Numbered from the stretch's first letter, positions 24,561 through 38,154 are shown. The stretch: 64,000 nucleotides of DNA from the human T2T-CHM13v2.0 reference genome, Homo sapiens (GCF_009914755.1 NC_060926.1), one strand, 5' to 3'. Notes: generated by a model not told the origin, from the sequence alone. Program-made: numbers and translations.

Positions 24561-26664
24561 TTCTTTATGACTATGTTTACATTATGTAAATAAAACCTAC
24601 TTATAACTTGAATAAAGAAAATTTTCAAGCATATTTAATTATATAATTCCTTATAATGCCTGAAAACCTCATAAAATCTAATTCATATCAATCATTGGGG
24701 TGAATTACAAACCATTTTCTATTTGTTAAACAGACATACATAAATATCCTCAATGGTGTTAAGGCTTGAGAAAACTACCATTTGTTTCCATAATACAAAG
24801 TAATTTGTAAAAATCAAATAATTCAATTATAGCCTATCTAGGATATTTTCTGAAAATATTACAAAGACTTTTCAAATTGTCAGGCTATTCTTATACATTC
24901 ACATTTACATCATTTTTATGTGTAGTGCAGTACAATTCATACATTAACCTAATACTGAGATCTGCAATACAGAACTTTGTCAGAACTTGAAATCTGGTTA
25001 TAGTATTAAATTAATAGAACACTAATGAAACTGAAATGCTGTTGGGATCAGTCCAAAATGATTTTATTTTCCCAATCACTTCGCTTTTTTGTTGCTTGAG
25101 ATTTTCATTTGGACTCAGGGCACAGAAGATTCTTTCCTTTTTATATTTGCACAAGAGGAATAAAATGCTGCAATGACAAAACAGAAATTAAAATAATTAA
25201 TTTGTACTAGAACTTGGGACAATTATAGACACTAAGAAAGGAAATAAATCATAAGGACATCATTTTTATGAATATGTAGAGGGCTGTAGATATGAATGAT
25301 ATGTAATTTATATACTCAGGCTTCTCATTTATTTTATTGTAGAGAATTGGGTCTTCAGATTTCAGTAGTTAATGATTAGTTAACACAGAGCACCTGGATT
25401 TAGTGTACAGATTATGCAACTCAAAAAATACTAGCAAAACTTAGAAATCAGATGGAGAAATGAAAATTCTCAATTATCTTTGTGATTCAAAAGGCAGACA
25501 AGGTTTGTTTTTAAAGTACGTTAAAAATAAGATATGTTTCTGTGCCGTATAAGAACAGAAAAAATAATGTTTTCTTTAATTTATACTTTATTGTTCATTG
25601 GCATATTTGGCAAATACAAAACTGGTGTTTACAACCGTAGTTATGAGATAAGCATATACACAGCCGACGAAATAAGCTAATTTTCAGATAAAAGGCACTG
25701 TGAAAGGATTAGCAAAGCACATGCTCTTTTGTCTTTCTTGTTGAAACACATTATATCATGTATCAATATATACTCTAAAGTTAAAACATACATCAGCAAA
25801 CCTTATATGAAATATTTATGAAAGAACTGTGACTTTGCATGCATTGTACAGTGAATGCAAAGCTCAAGAATAGAACAGATTGATATTATAAACTTCTGTT
25901 GATAATATTGGCAGGAACACTCTGAAATACCTGTTACAAATGAAAAAAAAGAAGCCATCTCTTTGATTATTCAGAGAATGCATACTATCTCATGTAAAAG
26001 AGTAAATTGATGTAATTTTTCCTAGAATTTAAAAAATAAATTATAAGAAAATACCTGCTCTTTTCTATTATTCTTTAACTGTGTCTTCAGTAGTACTTTG
26101 TGCTATAATTTAGCCAATTTGCCTATGTTTTATTGTTCCTCGTCTCCTGCTTCCAGTGCACTATTTCCCTTTGATTGAGGAGTTGCTATGACAGAAGATA
26201 ATGGAGCTTATGGCACTCAGTGGGGAGCCTGTCACTGCTGACTCTGGCTGCTGCTTTTGTATTTCTTTGCATGTACTCCTCTGATTTTCTCAGGCACAGT
26301 GAGAAATAATTATAAAAGCCATGAGCCATTATAAAATGTTATACCACCAAATGGTTATTTTTAAGAGCCTTTCAATCTTCTAGGTCTCTTTGTTTATCCA
26401 TAGAAGTGGTAAATTGTATCATTATTTTTCATTCAAGCTGAAGCATAGGGAGGAGAGATTGTTTTCTGCCTTTGGGGAGGCAATCTTTTGTTGTGTACAG
26501 TTTATATTACTTTTTATTTTACCTCTCATCTCATCAATCAAAAATCTTATGCATCTTGTATCTTCTATGCAAAGTCTTCCTTTTCTGACCTTGCTGAGGT
26601 TGTCTGCTGTTAATTCCCATGTCAGGACCAAGACATTTTTTGAGGATGATCTGGTAGACATAAC

Positions 26665-27028
26665 TAGTGTTCACCAATATCCAGTTCTCATTCCTTCTCT
26701 GCACAAGGAAGACAATCCTTTTTAGCCCACTTCTATATGAGATTGGTTCAGAAAACCAGTCTGACCAATGAAATATGAGGCACATGATATCTGTCACTTC
26801 CGGAATGTGGAAAATGTCATTGATGAATCCCTATACTTTCGCTCCCGGCATAGCAACCAAGGAGACCTGATGTCCTAATGATGCAGCTACAGAATTTGAT
26901 ATTTCCGTAAGTCTTTGTCTCCCAAACATACATACCATTGTTTAGACATATAGGACATGTAGTGGAAGTTAGCACTTATCTTTTGTTTCCTAAGCCACAG
27001 AAATTTTAGCATAATCCTTTCTAATACA
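26665..27028 (+). mobile_element. MLT1-type (MaLR) LTR relic
   Basis: tctgaccaatgaaatatgaggcacatgatatctgtcacttccgg ... ttttgtttcctaagccacagaaattt...ctaataca. Confidence 0.55.
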
Positions 27029-27159
27029 AACTAGCAAGATGTATGGTTATGGCAGGATTAAAACATGCTGTCACACCCATCTCTGTATAGCAGATTCCTA
27101 GAGAAAACCAAGGAGAGAAGGAACTAAAGAAGTGCAGAGAAAAATGTAACCTAGATAAA

Positions 27160-27350
27160 GAGGCAGTGGGACAATTTGGAAAGAGAATAAGCTTGGATTC
27201 TAACCCTACTAACTTAATACTGTGTGCCATTCAACAAGTTATTTAATATTTTGACTCTCATTTTCTTTAGCTTTAAAATAGAGGATAATAGTATCTTGAT
27301 AAACTGATAATGAATTTCAATACAATATTAACATATTAAAAAGCCAAATG
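27160..27350 (+). mobile_element. MIR SINE relic
   Basis: cttggattctaaccctactaacttaatactgtgtgccattcaacaagttatttaat...ttttctttagctttaaaatagaggataatagta. Confidence 0.6.
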
Positions 27351-29524
27351 ATACATGTATGTGTGTATATATAGCTAATTCTATGTATAGATATAATACA
27401 CATACACGTACGTCTATCCATCTACCTGTGTGTGTATGTGCATGTGGAAATGACTTATCTTTTCTACCATTTATTGTTTTACACTAGGCTCTCTAAGTCT
27501 TAACTTTGTCATTTGTAAAATGGAGAGTTTGATAAAAATATCTGATATATAGATTTTTGTAACAAGTAAATGGTATATTGAATACAATACAAATTGCAAA
27601 GTCTATAAGATATTGGATACTCAAATATATTAGCTATTATACTTATTATAGTCCCATAAATATGTTAAAATATATAGGCTAATTGGTAAAACAATAATAC
27701 ATAAAAACTTTTATCCTTTCAAAACGGTAAAGAGTTTTGTTTTTTTTTTTTTTCTCACTAGCTTAAGATGTCTTTTAACATAAGTTTGAATACCTTCAGT
27801 TTTGCTGTTTATTTTAATGTTCTCTTTAAGGTTAGTCAGCATATTGTTGAGAAAAAAATTTGAGTTCACACTATCTTGTTGAACTCTTCAATACACTTTT
27901 ATCTCTCAGAAGAAACCCAGTTAGTCTAGGGATTGTTGAAATTTAAACTGGTTGTCTTGCTGCTAGACCAAACTCAACCCTCCAATTTCTGCAAAAAGTA
28001 AAGTGAATATGAAGTAAAGTGAATGCCAGGTTAGAAACTACAAATTCAAAAGTAAAATCACGCGATGTATTTTTTGACAATTAAGACCATACATTATTAA
28101 TCTTTATCCCTTAGCATATAATATCGCCCACTCATTGTGATAAGTATTGTAAATAACTTTGTAAATGCAATGTATCACTTAAGATACATTTTCAGGATTT
28201 GTAGGTTCTTTTTCAGTGTTCTTCATTTTCCTCCTTTAGATGCTTTTTTCATTCCACAAAAGTAAAGTTTATTAATTTCTATAAAGTGTTCTTGAGTTAT
28301 TCTTTACATGACCAATGTTAAATAATGCCAGCAGACAAGTGAACATGATACCAAAATAAACCATATCATTTAGGTCCTGTTTTTTTAAAAAATGCAATAG
28401 ACTTCCACTATTTAATCCGTTGTCTTCAACCTCATGTTTCATTGACCAATTTCCATCCTGAGGCCCTTACACGAAAATATATCAATGTTCTATACAACAC
28501 AAATAAGCATAAGGGAAGCAAAAAGTAAATATAATATTTTATTATATGTTTCCTATGAGCAGAAATGTTTTAGGTAAACTTTTTGGCAAGAAACAACAAA
28601 TAATTATTTTGGAATTAAAAACCAATGGGAAAAAAAAATAAATCTTCTAGATTCTTTGATCTAACTTAGTGGCAAGTAACAACTCTGAGAATCAATCATG
28701 TAGCAAAACATATACTGTATAATCAGTGGTTTAAAATTATTGTCATCCAGTATCTGAATTCTCTAAGAAATGTTAGCCAAAATAATTTTGCATCAAAGTG
28801 TCAAATCCAAAACAACTTCCCACAAAAACTCATGTTTATTGACCTTATTTTGATCGTGTTAGCAAAAATTGATTGACTATATCTAAGTGTCCTTTTTCTC
28901 CTAATATAACTCTATATTTGAGAAACTATAGCAAATATTAAATCTGACAAATGCTTACAATAGAAAGACTTTACCCATACTGTTAAGACGGATAACTTTT
29001 TTATAGTTTCAAATAAGAAAGTAGCTTGTTGAGTCACATGATATAATATTCATAGCTTACAAAAATGCAACTGAATTTGTGATAAATTAAGGCACTTTCA
29101 GATTTATATTTATTATACCAAAAGTTCACCTTGGAATCCTGGATTGACAATAATATTGATTTGATGAAAAAAGACTGTTTTCTCAAGTGGCTTTTTAAAA
29201 ATTACTTAACAGATACATAGATAGATAAAGATAACAAATCCTATTTGTTTTTAAATTACTTGGGCTGGTTCAAGGATATTAACCATAAACTCATTACATT
29301 CTAAGGGTGAAAATTCAGAAGTATTGTTTGAATCCCAAGCCATTTTCTGGCTTGATTTAACATTATTTTATAAAATTTAATACTTATACCCCTTTGAGTT
29401 ACGATATTTTCATGTCATAGCTTTTCTATTAAAGTGTGTGTGTGTATGTGTGTGTGTGTGTGTGTGTGTATCTGTTGTGTTATTTTTTCTTTTTTTTTTT
29501 TTGGTGGGGGGATGTTCTTCATTA

Positions 29525-29780
29525 GGAGGCAGCATAATGTAGTTAAACAACTTTACTCCAGGATTTCACAGACTTGAATTTAATACTAGCTCAATAACTT
29601 AGTATTTACTGATTTTGTTTGACTTGTTTGGACTCTAAATGACTGAATATCTTCACCCACAAAATAGGGTTTGTGAAAGTCATTGATTCAAAGGGTGTTC
29701 ATAAAAATGAAATCAGATTGTGAATCAAAATATTTAGCTCATTTTCTAGCACTTGCAAACAATAAACTACAGCTAGCACT
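29525..29780 (+). mobile_element. MIR SINE relic
   Basis: gaggcagcataatgtagttaaa...cagacttgaattt...ttcacccacaaaatagggt. Confidence 0.45.
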
Positions 29781-30215
29781 GTGATCACAGTTCTATTTCT
29801 GAACCCACGATGTTAAATGCTTACTATTTTTCAAAGTGTGTACAGTTTTACAACGTATGAGTGGATGACTGTGTCATTTAAATGCTTATCCTACGTGATG
29901 TTTTGATTTTCTATTCCACAGTCTTCTATAATCATTCAGATAAATTCTGTACCTTTGTAATTTTGAAATTTTGAGTGACATTATTTTCTGGACCCTAAAA
30001 AATCATTTGTATACTTTATATATTTTATCACTACATTGTTTATCTTGATTTGTTTGGTCAATTTAAATTTTAAAATATTATAAAGTTTAATAACTTATTT
30101 AAGTTAATCTATTGATACAATACCAATATTTATTCTTATATCAAAATATGTTGTTTTTTCCTCAATCTATTAATTTAATGAGTTTCACATAAGCTTAGCT
30201 GTTAGGGTTTCCTAG

Positions 30216-30756
30216 TGTGGTGGTTAATACTGAGTGTCAACTTGATTGGATTGAAAGACACTAAGTAATGATCCTGGGTGTGTCTGTGAGGTGTTGCCAA
30301 AGGACATCAACATTTGAGTCAGTGGGCTGGGAAAGGCAGACCCACCCTTAATCTGGGTGGGCAAAATCTAATCAGCTTCCAGAGAGGCTAGGATATAAGC
30401 ATGCAGAAAAATCTGAAAAAAGAGACTAGCCTAGCCTCACAACCTACATCTTTCTCCCATGCTGGATGCCTCCTGCCCTTGAACACCAGACTCCAAGTTC
30501 TTCAGTTTTGGAACTCAGACTGGCTCTCCTTGCTCCTCAGCCCACAGATGGCCTATTGTGGGACCTTGTGATCGTGTGAGTTAATACTTAATAAACATAA
30601 ATAAATATATATATATGGTATATATATGTATTATATGTGTGTGTGTATATACACACACACACATAATGTGTATATATTGTACACATGTGTATACATACAC
30701 GTTTACACATACATGTATATCCCATTAGTTCTGTCCTTCTAGAGAACCCTAATACA
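30216..30756 (+). mobile_element. MLT2A1 (HERV-L) solo LTR with an expanded internal (TA/CA)n tract
   Basis: tgtggtggttaatactgagtgtcaacttgattggattgaa ... ccttctagagaaccctaataca; degenerate TSD cctag/tctac. Confidence 0.88.
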
Positions 30757-30879
30757 TCTACCAACTTACATCTAGGTTCTCACCACTCATCTCTATTTGG
30801 AAATTTTTTATAAATCTGCTCTATTGAAACCTTATCAATTTACTGACTCCTTCTACTAATAATATAGTCAGTTGCTTAA

Positions 30880-31390
30880 TTTTTTGAAATTTGTTTTTAT
30901 TGCATATTTTAAGGTGTACAACATATTCTAACATACATATACATGGTGAAATATTTACTATAGTAAAAGAAATTAACATATTCCTCACCTTCCCTAGATA
31001 CTCTTTTGTGTGTGTGGTAAAAGCACCAAAAATTTACTCTCAGCAAGTGCTCAGTATAAAATACAATATTATTAACTAAAGTCCTGAAGTTCTTCTTTAT
31101 TTGACTTTTTTTTTTAAGATTGCACATATAAATGAGGCCATGCAATATTTTTACTGAGTCTGGCTTATTCCACTTAGCATAATGTCCTCTAGTTTCATTC
31201 ATGTTGTCACAAATGGCAGTGTCTTTTTAATTATAGGTCTGAAGAGTATTATATTGTGAATATATGCCACAATTTCTTTATTAATTCATCCATCAGTGGA
31301 CACTTAGATTGTTTCCACATCTTGGCTATTATAATACTGCAATGAACATGGGAATGAAGATATCTCTATGAGGTATTAATTTCATTTTAA
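30880..31390 (-). mobile_element. Old L1 (L1MA/MB) 3' fragment
   Basis: tctggcttattccacttagcataatgtcctctagtttcattcatgttgtcacaaatggcag; ggacacttagattgtttccacatcttggctatt. Confidence 0.8.
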
Positions 31391-31554
31391 CTTTTTCTTT
31401 GTTTCCTTTGCATTACTGTATTACCCATGCTTTTGGAAACAAATTGTTTACACTTATTATTGCTTCTTTCTCACCTCCATTAAGTTCTTAGAATATTATA
31501 ATCTAGTTTTCATATCTAATAAATAAGGTTTCCCTTACTAATTATAAGAAAACT

Positions 31555-32021
31555 TATTTATTTGCTTAAATTGATAGATAAAATTGTGTGTATTTATTGT
31601 GTACAACATGATATTTTGAAGATTATATACATTGTGGAATAATTAAAACTAGGTAACAAATGTAGTACTTCACATAGTTATTATTCATGTAATAAGAACC
31701 CTTATCTACTATCTTTGCATTTTTCAAAAATACAGTGTATGGTCATTAACTATAGTCATCATGCTGTGCAATAAAACTTTTGACCTTATTTCTCCTATCT
31801 AACTGTAATTACATATCCTTTGACCAACATCTTCCCATTCTCTTCCTTTCCCTAACCATCCAAGCCCTGTCATTTGTGAAAACATGAATGAACTTGTAAA
31901 ACTTTATGTTATATGTAATAAGCCAGGCACAGAAAAACACATACCACATGATTTCACTCATGTTCAGAATCTAAAAAAGTTGACCCCATAAAAGTAGAGA
32001 GTAGAATGCTGGTTACCAGAA
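31555..32021 (-). mobile_element. L1MA-type 3' end with an inverted 5' segment (31866-32021 in + orientation)
   Basis: The minus-strand 3' UTR ends at ..ccatccaagccc; the next block is + strand L1 ending gagagtagaatgctggttaccagaag, whose reverse complement (ctggtaaccagcattctactctc) is the expected continuation. Confidence 0.75.
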
Positions 32022-32523
32022 GAAAAATTTCTATATTGCTTTACCTAATAGACATTTGAAATTTTAAGACTCTCTAGCTTTGGAAGTCCCCACTCTATTC
32101 TTCAATGGCTTCCCTTCCCTAGTGTTATGAAAATACTTACAGCAATTCCTGTTGATGTTTTCTCCTAAATATCATTCAGTACATCATATTTCTTCATCCC
32201 ACCACTGTAGACTGATTGAATTGTTCAAAAGATAAAAAGATATAACCAAGAAAATGTTTAACAGAGTCTTTAGAAAAAAAAAAGCACCCAATATATGTTA
32301 ATTTCTATTCTTTAGCTTTCTAAAATTTTCATACTGGCATTCTTGTGACAGTTCCTCAGAGCTCTATTACCCCATCCAATTTATCATTACTTTCTCCATA
32401 AGGCTGATCTTCTACAAGAGACATAAACTTATAAGTCATCTCTAATTTCAGTTCTTTATTTTTTACGTGTTCTTCAATGATTAGACACTGACATAAAAAT
32501 CAGGCATACAATAATTTTTGCTT

Positions 32524-33060
32524 AATAAGCAGAATTATGCCTCCACTTCAAGATTTTCTTATCCTAATTCCTGAACATGTTACTTTACAAGAAAAAAGAC
32601 TTTGCATAAATGATTATACTAGGCACCTTGAAATGAAGAGATTATACCAGATTGTCCACTGGGAACAATCTAATTACATAGGACTTTAAAATGGAAGATG
32701 TTTTCTGGTATGGTCAGAAAATGTGACTGTGGAATAATGGCCGGACATGTGCAGCATTGCTGACTTTGAGGATGAACAATTATTTACTCTTCTTCACTGC
32801 AAGCAGTCAGTAGAAGTTTTTTTGTTTAAAAAACGGGAAAAGATTTTCCTCTAGAGCCTCCAGAAGAGATTGTAGCCAGCTGGTGCCTTGATTTTAATCC
32901 AGTAAGGCTCGTATTACATTTCAAACCTACAGAACTCTATGATAATATATTTATATCTATGTTGTATATATATTTATATTGTACATATATTGTACATATA
33001 TATTGTTTTAAGCTGCTGCATTTCCGTTCATTTTTACATCAGCCACAGAAAGCCAATACA
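32524..33060 (+). mobile_element. MLT1D-like MaLR LTR
   Basis: gactttgcataaatgatta...gattttcctctagagcctccagaag...ccttgattttaatccagt...tgttttaagctgc...agaaagccaataca. Confidence 0.75.
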
Positions 33061-33089
33061 GTTTGCTCTGTGGATTTTGTCCAAGTTAT

Positions 33090-36000
33090 AAGGGAATCAC
33101 CCATCCCTCTGGTTGGAACTTGGGCTTAAGTGCTCTGAGGTTCTAAATAAACTTGAAAGGCAGTCTAGGCCACAATGAAGGCAATTCCTAGGCATGTAGT
33201 GGTGCTGTGCCGAGCTCAAAGCCAGTGGACTTGGGGAGCATACAATCTAGTGAGACACCAGCCAGGGTGGCCAGGGGAGTGTTTGTACACTCCTCACCTA
33301 ACCTCAGGCAGCATAGCTCAGAAGTCCAAACAAGACTCTTTCCTTCTGATTGAGAAGAGGATAGGGAAGAGTAAAAATGACTTTGTCTTGCAACTTGAAT
33401 ATCAGCTCAGCCACAGTAGAATAGGACACCAGACAGGTTCATGAGGCCCCCATTCCAGGCTTTGGCTCCCAGATGACATTCCAGACACACCCAGGGCCAA
33501 AAAGGAACCTGCTAGCTGGAAGGGAAGGACCCAGTACTGACAGGAACACCTGCTTACTAAAGAGCCCTTGGGCCCTGAATAATCAGCAGTAGTAACCAGT
33601 TATTACATGGTATGTGCCTTGGGCGAGACTTTGGGATGCGGTGGCTTCAGGTGTGACCCAGCACACCTGTGGAGGCTATGAGGTGAGACTCCTTGAGAAA
33701 AGCAGAGAGAAAAGTAAAGGGGACCTTGTCTTGCAGCTTAGGTACCAGCTTGGCCATAGTGCGGAAGAACAACAAGTAGGTACTAGGGCCTTGGATTTTG
33801 GATAGGATTTCTAGACTTACTCTGGGCCATAATGCGGAAGAACAACAAGTAGGTACTAGGGCCTTGGATTTTGGATAGGATTTCTAGACTTACTCTGGGC
33901 CATAGGGGAGACCACTACCCTGAAGAGTGAGCCTGGAAGCATTCACCACAAGCTGACTGAAGAGCCCTTGGGTCTTCAGTGAACATCAGCAGTGCGCTGG
34001 CAGTACACCCTATGGGCCTATGGTAGTGGAGCACAGGGGGAGAAACTCCTCCGCCTGGGGAAAGGAAAGGAAAATTAGGATAGACTTTGCTTGTGATTTC
34101 AGTGCCAGCTCAGCCACAGTAGAATAGAGCACCAAGTGGATTACTAAGTTTTCTGACTCCAGGAACAACATACCTGGAGCCACCTGGGGCCCAAGGAAAC
34201 TCGCCACCCTGAAGGGAAGGAATCAAAACTGGCTGGGTTTACTATCTGCTGATTGTACATCCCTAGCGCCTTGGTCTGACCCAGCACAGCTCAGGTGGTG
34301 GTGGCCACAGGGGTGCTTGTGGACTCCACCTAGTTCCAGGCAGCTCAGCACAGAGAGAAAGAGAGAAATTCCATTTGTTTGGGAAAAAGTAAGTAATGAA
34401 AACAAAAGTCTCTGCCCAATAATCCAGATCATTCTTTGGGATCTGATTCAAGACCACTGAAGTGGTATCTCTATGAGTCTGCTAGAGTGACAGTGTTATT
34501 GGGCTTAGGATTTCCCATAATGCACATAAGGCTGGAATGACCAAAAACTTAGATTACAGCACCTGAATCCCTTAGAAAACATGGAAAACTTCCCCAGGAA
34601 AGACGGTTAAAAACAAGCTCAGGCTGCAACGATTACAATAAATACATAACTCTTCAATGCCCAGACACCAATGAATATCCAGAAGCATCAAGACCATCCA
34701 GAAAAACATGAGCTCACCAAATGATCTAAATAAGGTAGCAGTGACCAACTCTGAAGAAACAGAGACATGTGACCTTTAGATAGATAATTCAAAATAGCTG
34801 TCAAAATTCAAGGTGACGTAGGGAAAGAATTCACATTTCTATGAGATAAATTTACCAAGGAAAATAGAAATTAAAAAGAATCAAGCAGAAATTCTGGAGT
34901 TGAAAACCACAAGTGGCATAATGAAGAATGCATCCAAGTCTCTTAATGTCAGAATTGATAAAGCAGAACAAAGAATTAGTGAGCCTGAAAACAGGCTATT
35001 CGAAAATACACATTCAGAAGAGACAAAAGAATAAAGAAGAAAAAAGAATAAAGCATGCCTACAAGATCTAGAAAATAGCCTCAAACGGGCAAATCTAAGA
35101 GTTGTTGGCCTTAAAGATAAGACAGAGGAAGACTAGAATAAAAGACAGAAGACCCAAAACAATAAAATCAGAGATGAGAAAGGAGACATCACAACCAATG
35201 GCACAGAAATTCAAAGGATCATTAGAGGCTACTATGAGAAAACATATGTCAATAAATTGACAAACTTAGAAGAAATAGACAAATTTCTAGACAAATACAA
35301 CCTACCAAGATGAAACTGGAAGGAATCTAAAACTTGAACAGACTGACAAATAATGGGATTGAAGCCATAATAAAATGCCTCCCTGCAAATAAAAGATCAG
35401 GGCCTGAGGGCTTTGCTGCTTAATTCTACCACATATAAATAAAAACTCATACCAATCCTACTAAAAGTGTTCTGAAAAATAGAGGAAGAGGGAGTACTTC
35501 CAAACTCATTCTACAAGGCCAGTGTTATGCTGATAGCAAAACCAGACAAAGACCCGTCAAAAAAAGAAAGCTACAAGGCAATATCTGATAAATATTTGTG
35601 CAAAAATTCCCAACAAAGTATTAGCAAACAGAATTCAACAACACATTAAAAATATTATTCATCACAACCAACTGGAATTTATCCCAGGGATGCAAGGATG
35701 GTTCAACATATGTGAATCAATCAATGTAATATATCAATAGAATGAAGGACAAAAAACATACGATCATTTCAATTGATGCCGAAAAAGCAATTGATAAAAT
35801 TCAACATCCCTTCATGATAAAATCCCTCAAAGAAACTGAGTATAGAAACAATATGCCTCAACATAATAAAAGTCATATTTGATAGACCCATAGCTAATAT
35901 TATAGTGAATGTAGAAAAACTTAAAGCCTTTCCTCTAAGATCTGGAACACAACAGGATGCCCACTTTTGCCATTCTTACTTAACATAGTACTGGAAGTGT

Positions 36001-38140
36001 TAGCAAAAGCAATCAGACAAAAGAAAGAAAAGGCATCCAAATTGAAAAGGAAGAAGTCAAATTATCCTTGTTTGCAGATAATATTATATTAAGAAAAAAC
36101 TAAAGACTCCACCAAAACAACTGTTAGAACTGATAAATAAATTCAGGAAAGTTGCAGGATACAAAATCAACATACAAACATCAGCAGCATTTCTATATGC
36201 CAACAGTGAACCATCTGAAAAAGAAATCAAGAAATAATCCCATTTTATGATAGCCACAAATAAAATTAAATACCTATAGATGAACTTAACCAAGGAAGTG
36301 AAAGATCTTGACAATAAAAGCTATTTAAGATGTTCATGAAAGAAATTAAAGAGGACATACAAAAATAGAAATATAATTCATTTTCATGGTTTGAAAGATT
36401 TAATGTTGTTAAAATTTGCATTTTACCCAAAGGAACCTAAAGATTCATTTCAATCCCTATCATAAAATTCTTCAAACAAATAGAAAAAACCTTCCTAACA
36501 TTTATATGGAACCACAAAAGACCCCTGACAGTTAAATATATTCTGAGCAAGAACAACAACAACTAAAAAAACTAGATAAATCACATTATCTGGCTTCAAA
36601 TTCTATTACAGAGCTACAGCAAACAAAACAGCATGGTACTAGCATAAAAATAGACATATAGACCACTGGAACAGAATAGAGAATCCAGAGACAAATTCAT
36701 ACATCTATAGGCGTCTACAGGGAACTCATTTTGGACAAAGATGTCAAAAACATACACTGAAGAAAGGAGTCTCTTCAATAAATGTTGCTGGGAAAACTGG
36801 ATATCCACATGCAGAAGAATGAAACTAGACCACTCTCTCTCACCATATACAAAAATCAAATCAAAATGAACTAAAGTCTTAATTCTAAGACCTCAAACTG
36901 TTAAAATACTACAAGAAAACATTGAGAAAATTCCCCTAGGACATTGGTCTGGGCAAAAAATTTCTTGAGTAATACCCGCAAGCACAGGAAACCAAAGCAA
37001 AAATGGGCACATGGAGTCACATCAAGTTAAAAAGCTTCTGCACAGCAAAGGAAACAATCAACACAGTGAAAAGACAATCCAAAGAATGGGAGTAAGTATT
37101 TACAATTATCTATCCAACAAAGAATTAATAACAAAGATATATAAGGAGCTCAAACAACTCTGTAAGAAAAAAATCTAATCATCTAATTTAAAAATGGGCA
37201 AAAGTTCTGATTAGATGTGTTTCAAAAGATGACGCACAAGTGGAAAACATATATAAAAATATGCTCAACACCACTGATCATCAGATAAATGCAAATCAAA
37301 ACTACAATAAGATATCATCTCACCCCAGTTAAAATGACTTTTATCCAAATGACATACAATAAGAAATGCTAGAAGGATATGGAGAAAAGTCAACCCTCAT
37401 ACACTGCTGGGGGAAATGTATATTTGTGCAACTACTATGAAGAACAGTTTGGAAGTTCCTCAAAAATAGAACTACCATACTATCCAGCAATCCCACTGCT
37501 AGGTATATACCCAAAAGAAAGGAAACCAGTATATCAAAGAGATTCCTGCACTTCCACATTTTTTTGCAGCATTATGTACAATATTGAAGATTGGAAGCAA
37601 CCCAAGTGCACATCAACAGATGAAAAGATAAAGAAGATGTACATATATGCAATGGAATCCTATTCAGTCATAAAACAATGAGATCCTGTCATTTGCAACA
37701 ACATGGTTGGAACTGGAGGTAATTATGTTAACTTAAAAATGTCAGGCACAGAAAGATAAACCACATGTTCTCACTTATTTGTGGGAGCTAAAAATTAAGA
37801 TAATCAAACTCATGAAGATATAGAGTAAGATGATGATTACTAGAGGCTGTGAAGGGTAGGTAGGAGGTGGGAGGGAAGTGTGGATGGTTAATGGTAACAA
37901 AAAGAATGACTAAGATCTAGTATTTGACAGCATAAAAGGGTGACTATAGTCAATAATAATTTATTGTATACTTTTAAATAACTAAAAGTATATTGGATTG
38001 TTTGTAATACAAAGGATAAATTCTTGAGGTGATGGATACCCCATTTACCCTGGTACAATTATTACACATTGTATGCCTATATCAAAATATCCTTTATATC
38101 CCATAAATATACACACCTATTATGTACCCAGAAAAAAAAA
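33090..38140 (+). mobile_element. L1MA2/L1MA3-like LINE-1: 5' UTR, partial ORF1, large internal deletion near 35130, decayed ORF2 RT and C-terminus, 3' UTR, poly(A)
   Basis: L1M1-type 5' UTR repeats (gactttgtcttgcaactt...cagctcagccacagtagaatag). ORF1 (aagaattagtgagcctgaaaacagg) jumps to the ORF2 linker (aataaaatcagagatgagaaaggagac). RT motifs GMQGWFNI and LFADN for FADD. 3' end ggataccccatttaccctg...tatgtacccagaaaaaaaaa. Confidence 0.88.
33752..33904 (+). repeat. 73-bp tandem duplication inside the L1 5' UTR
   Basis: ggccata recurs at 33752, 33825 and 33898; the two 73-bp units differ at one base. Confidence 0.95.
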
Positions 38141-38154
38141 TATGTTTTTTTTTA

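Noticed and set aside
33752-33904. Direct repeats considered as a CRISPR-like array
   Set aside because: Only two contiguous units with no unique spacers, in primate DNA; a simple tandem duplication.
35480-37700. L1 ORF2 as a functional reverse transcriptase
   Set aside because: Multiple stops and frameshifts, FADD changed to FADN, and the endonuclease domain is deleted.
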